DNA from: a virus
Lineage: Duplodnaviria; Caudoviricetes
IMG/VR virus record: IMGVR_UViG_3300037067_012588
DNA length: 64,000 nt
Reading direction: 5' to 3' (one strand)
The notes under the pieces are model-generated. The model had not been told where the DNA came from and did no database searches. It was given only the letters and a program-made list of their open reading frames with translations. Of this stretch, positions 63,399-64,000 are shown piece after piece (positions within the stretch are counted from its first letter, which is position 1; every line of letters starts with the position of its first letter). Position numbers and translations under genes: made by a program.

Positions 63399-63941
63399 TT
63401 ACAAAGTACCCTTCGGGTCTTTGTCTCTCCAATACTTCTCGTAATCCATTGCGAACTTCACCTGATCAGAAGTCTGCGGACACGATATCCTCCCAAGGGC
63501 TTCCATTGCAGAAACTCTCAATTTATACAACTCATTGATAGCTTTCATCGAAGACAATCCAGAACGAATAAACCAGCACGCCATTACAAGTCCTGTTCTT
63601 CCATGCCCTCCATGACAATGAACGTAAGTCATTCTTCCGTCTTTTATCCACCCAGCAATTGTGTCTAACATGCAATCCATATTCTCCATCATAGTCGGAG
63701 CAGTTCCATCAAACATTGGGACGTTGAGATATTCAATAGATGATGGAAGAAGTTGATGATAGACAACAGATGGATAACCGTCAATAGATTCACGATGGTC
63801 TCGCAAATCCATAAAAGCATTCACTCCATAAGCAAGAAGCTTCTTCACTCGGGAGAAGCTTCCATGTTCTGCAGGAACAGGACCGGCAAGAAGCTTGCCA
63901 TCCTCAACCCACCAAGAAGCACGAATAACAGGGACACTCAT
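63399..63941 (-). CDS. Dual-specificity / protein-tyrosine phosphatase family protein
   Basis: YVHCHGGHGRTG (HCx5R), PQTSDQ. Confidence 0.9.
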   Translation of the reverse strand: MSVPVIRASWWVEDGKLLAGPVPAEHGSFSRVKKLLAYGVNAFMDLRDHRESIDGYPSVVYHQLLPSSIEYLNVPMFDGTAPTMMENMDCMLDTIAGWIKDGRMTYVHCHGGHGRTGLVMACWFIRSGLSSMKAINELYKLRVSAMEALGRISCPQTSDQVKFAMDYEKYWRDKDPKGTL

Positions 63942-64000
63942 TCCTTTGGTTTCTCCACTGAACAAAAAGCCATCGAAATTACAGGAACACATGCAACCAA

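Overview
This window looks like a segment of a large (jumbo/huge) bacteriophage genome, probably infecting a Gram-negative host. It is gene-dense, almost entirely on the minus strand, uses the standard genetic code, and contains no capsid, terminase or polymerase genes. Recognisable content: (i) RNA surveillance/repair genes (Ro60/TROVE, CCA-adding enzyme, RtcB, 2H phosphoesterase, P-loop kinase, phosphoesterases, a Tpt1/ART-like protein, tRNA-Met); (ii) ClpP, IscS, CoaE, HisF, a C5 DNA methyltransferase, two radical SAM enzymes (one with a mini-intein inside its CxxxCxxC motif), a CobS/CobT-like AAA-vWA pair, SPFH, a 3D-domain protein and a putative porin. The most interesting signals are two. 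First, ten genes share an N-terminal MKxRxGFVSNSS(S/T)(S/T)SF motif and flank the two radical SAM genes, suggesting a protein-modification system. Second, three tandem Y-RNA-like ncRNAs upstream of Ro60 share a covarying closing stem but carry different inner domains; a separate circularly permuted tRNA mimic lies near 63.2 kb. Also present are a 13-copy non-sigma70 promoter motif (GACGATG), a shared N-terminal amphipathic helix tag on several small proteins, and a Cys/His paralog family. All family assignments come from motif recognition by eye, and all RNA structures were paired by hand; no searches or folding programs were run.
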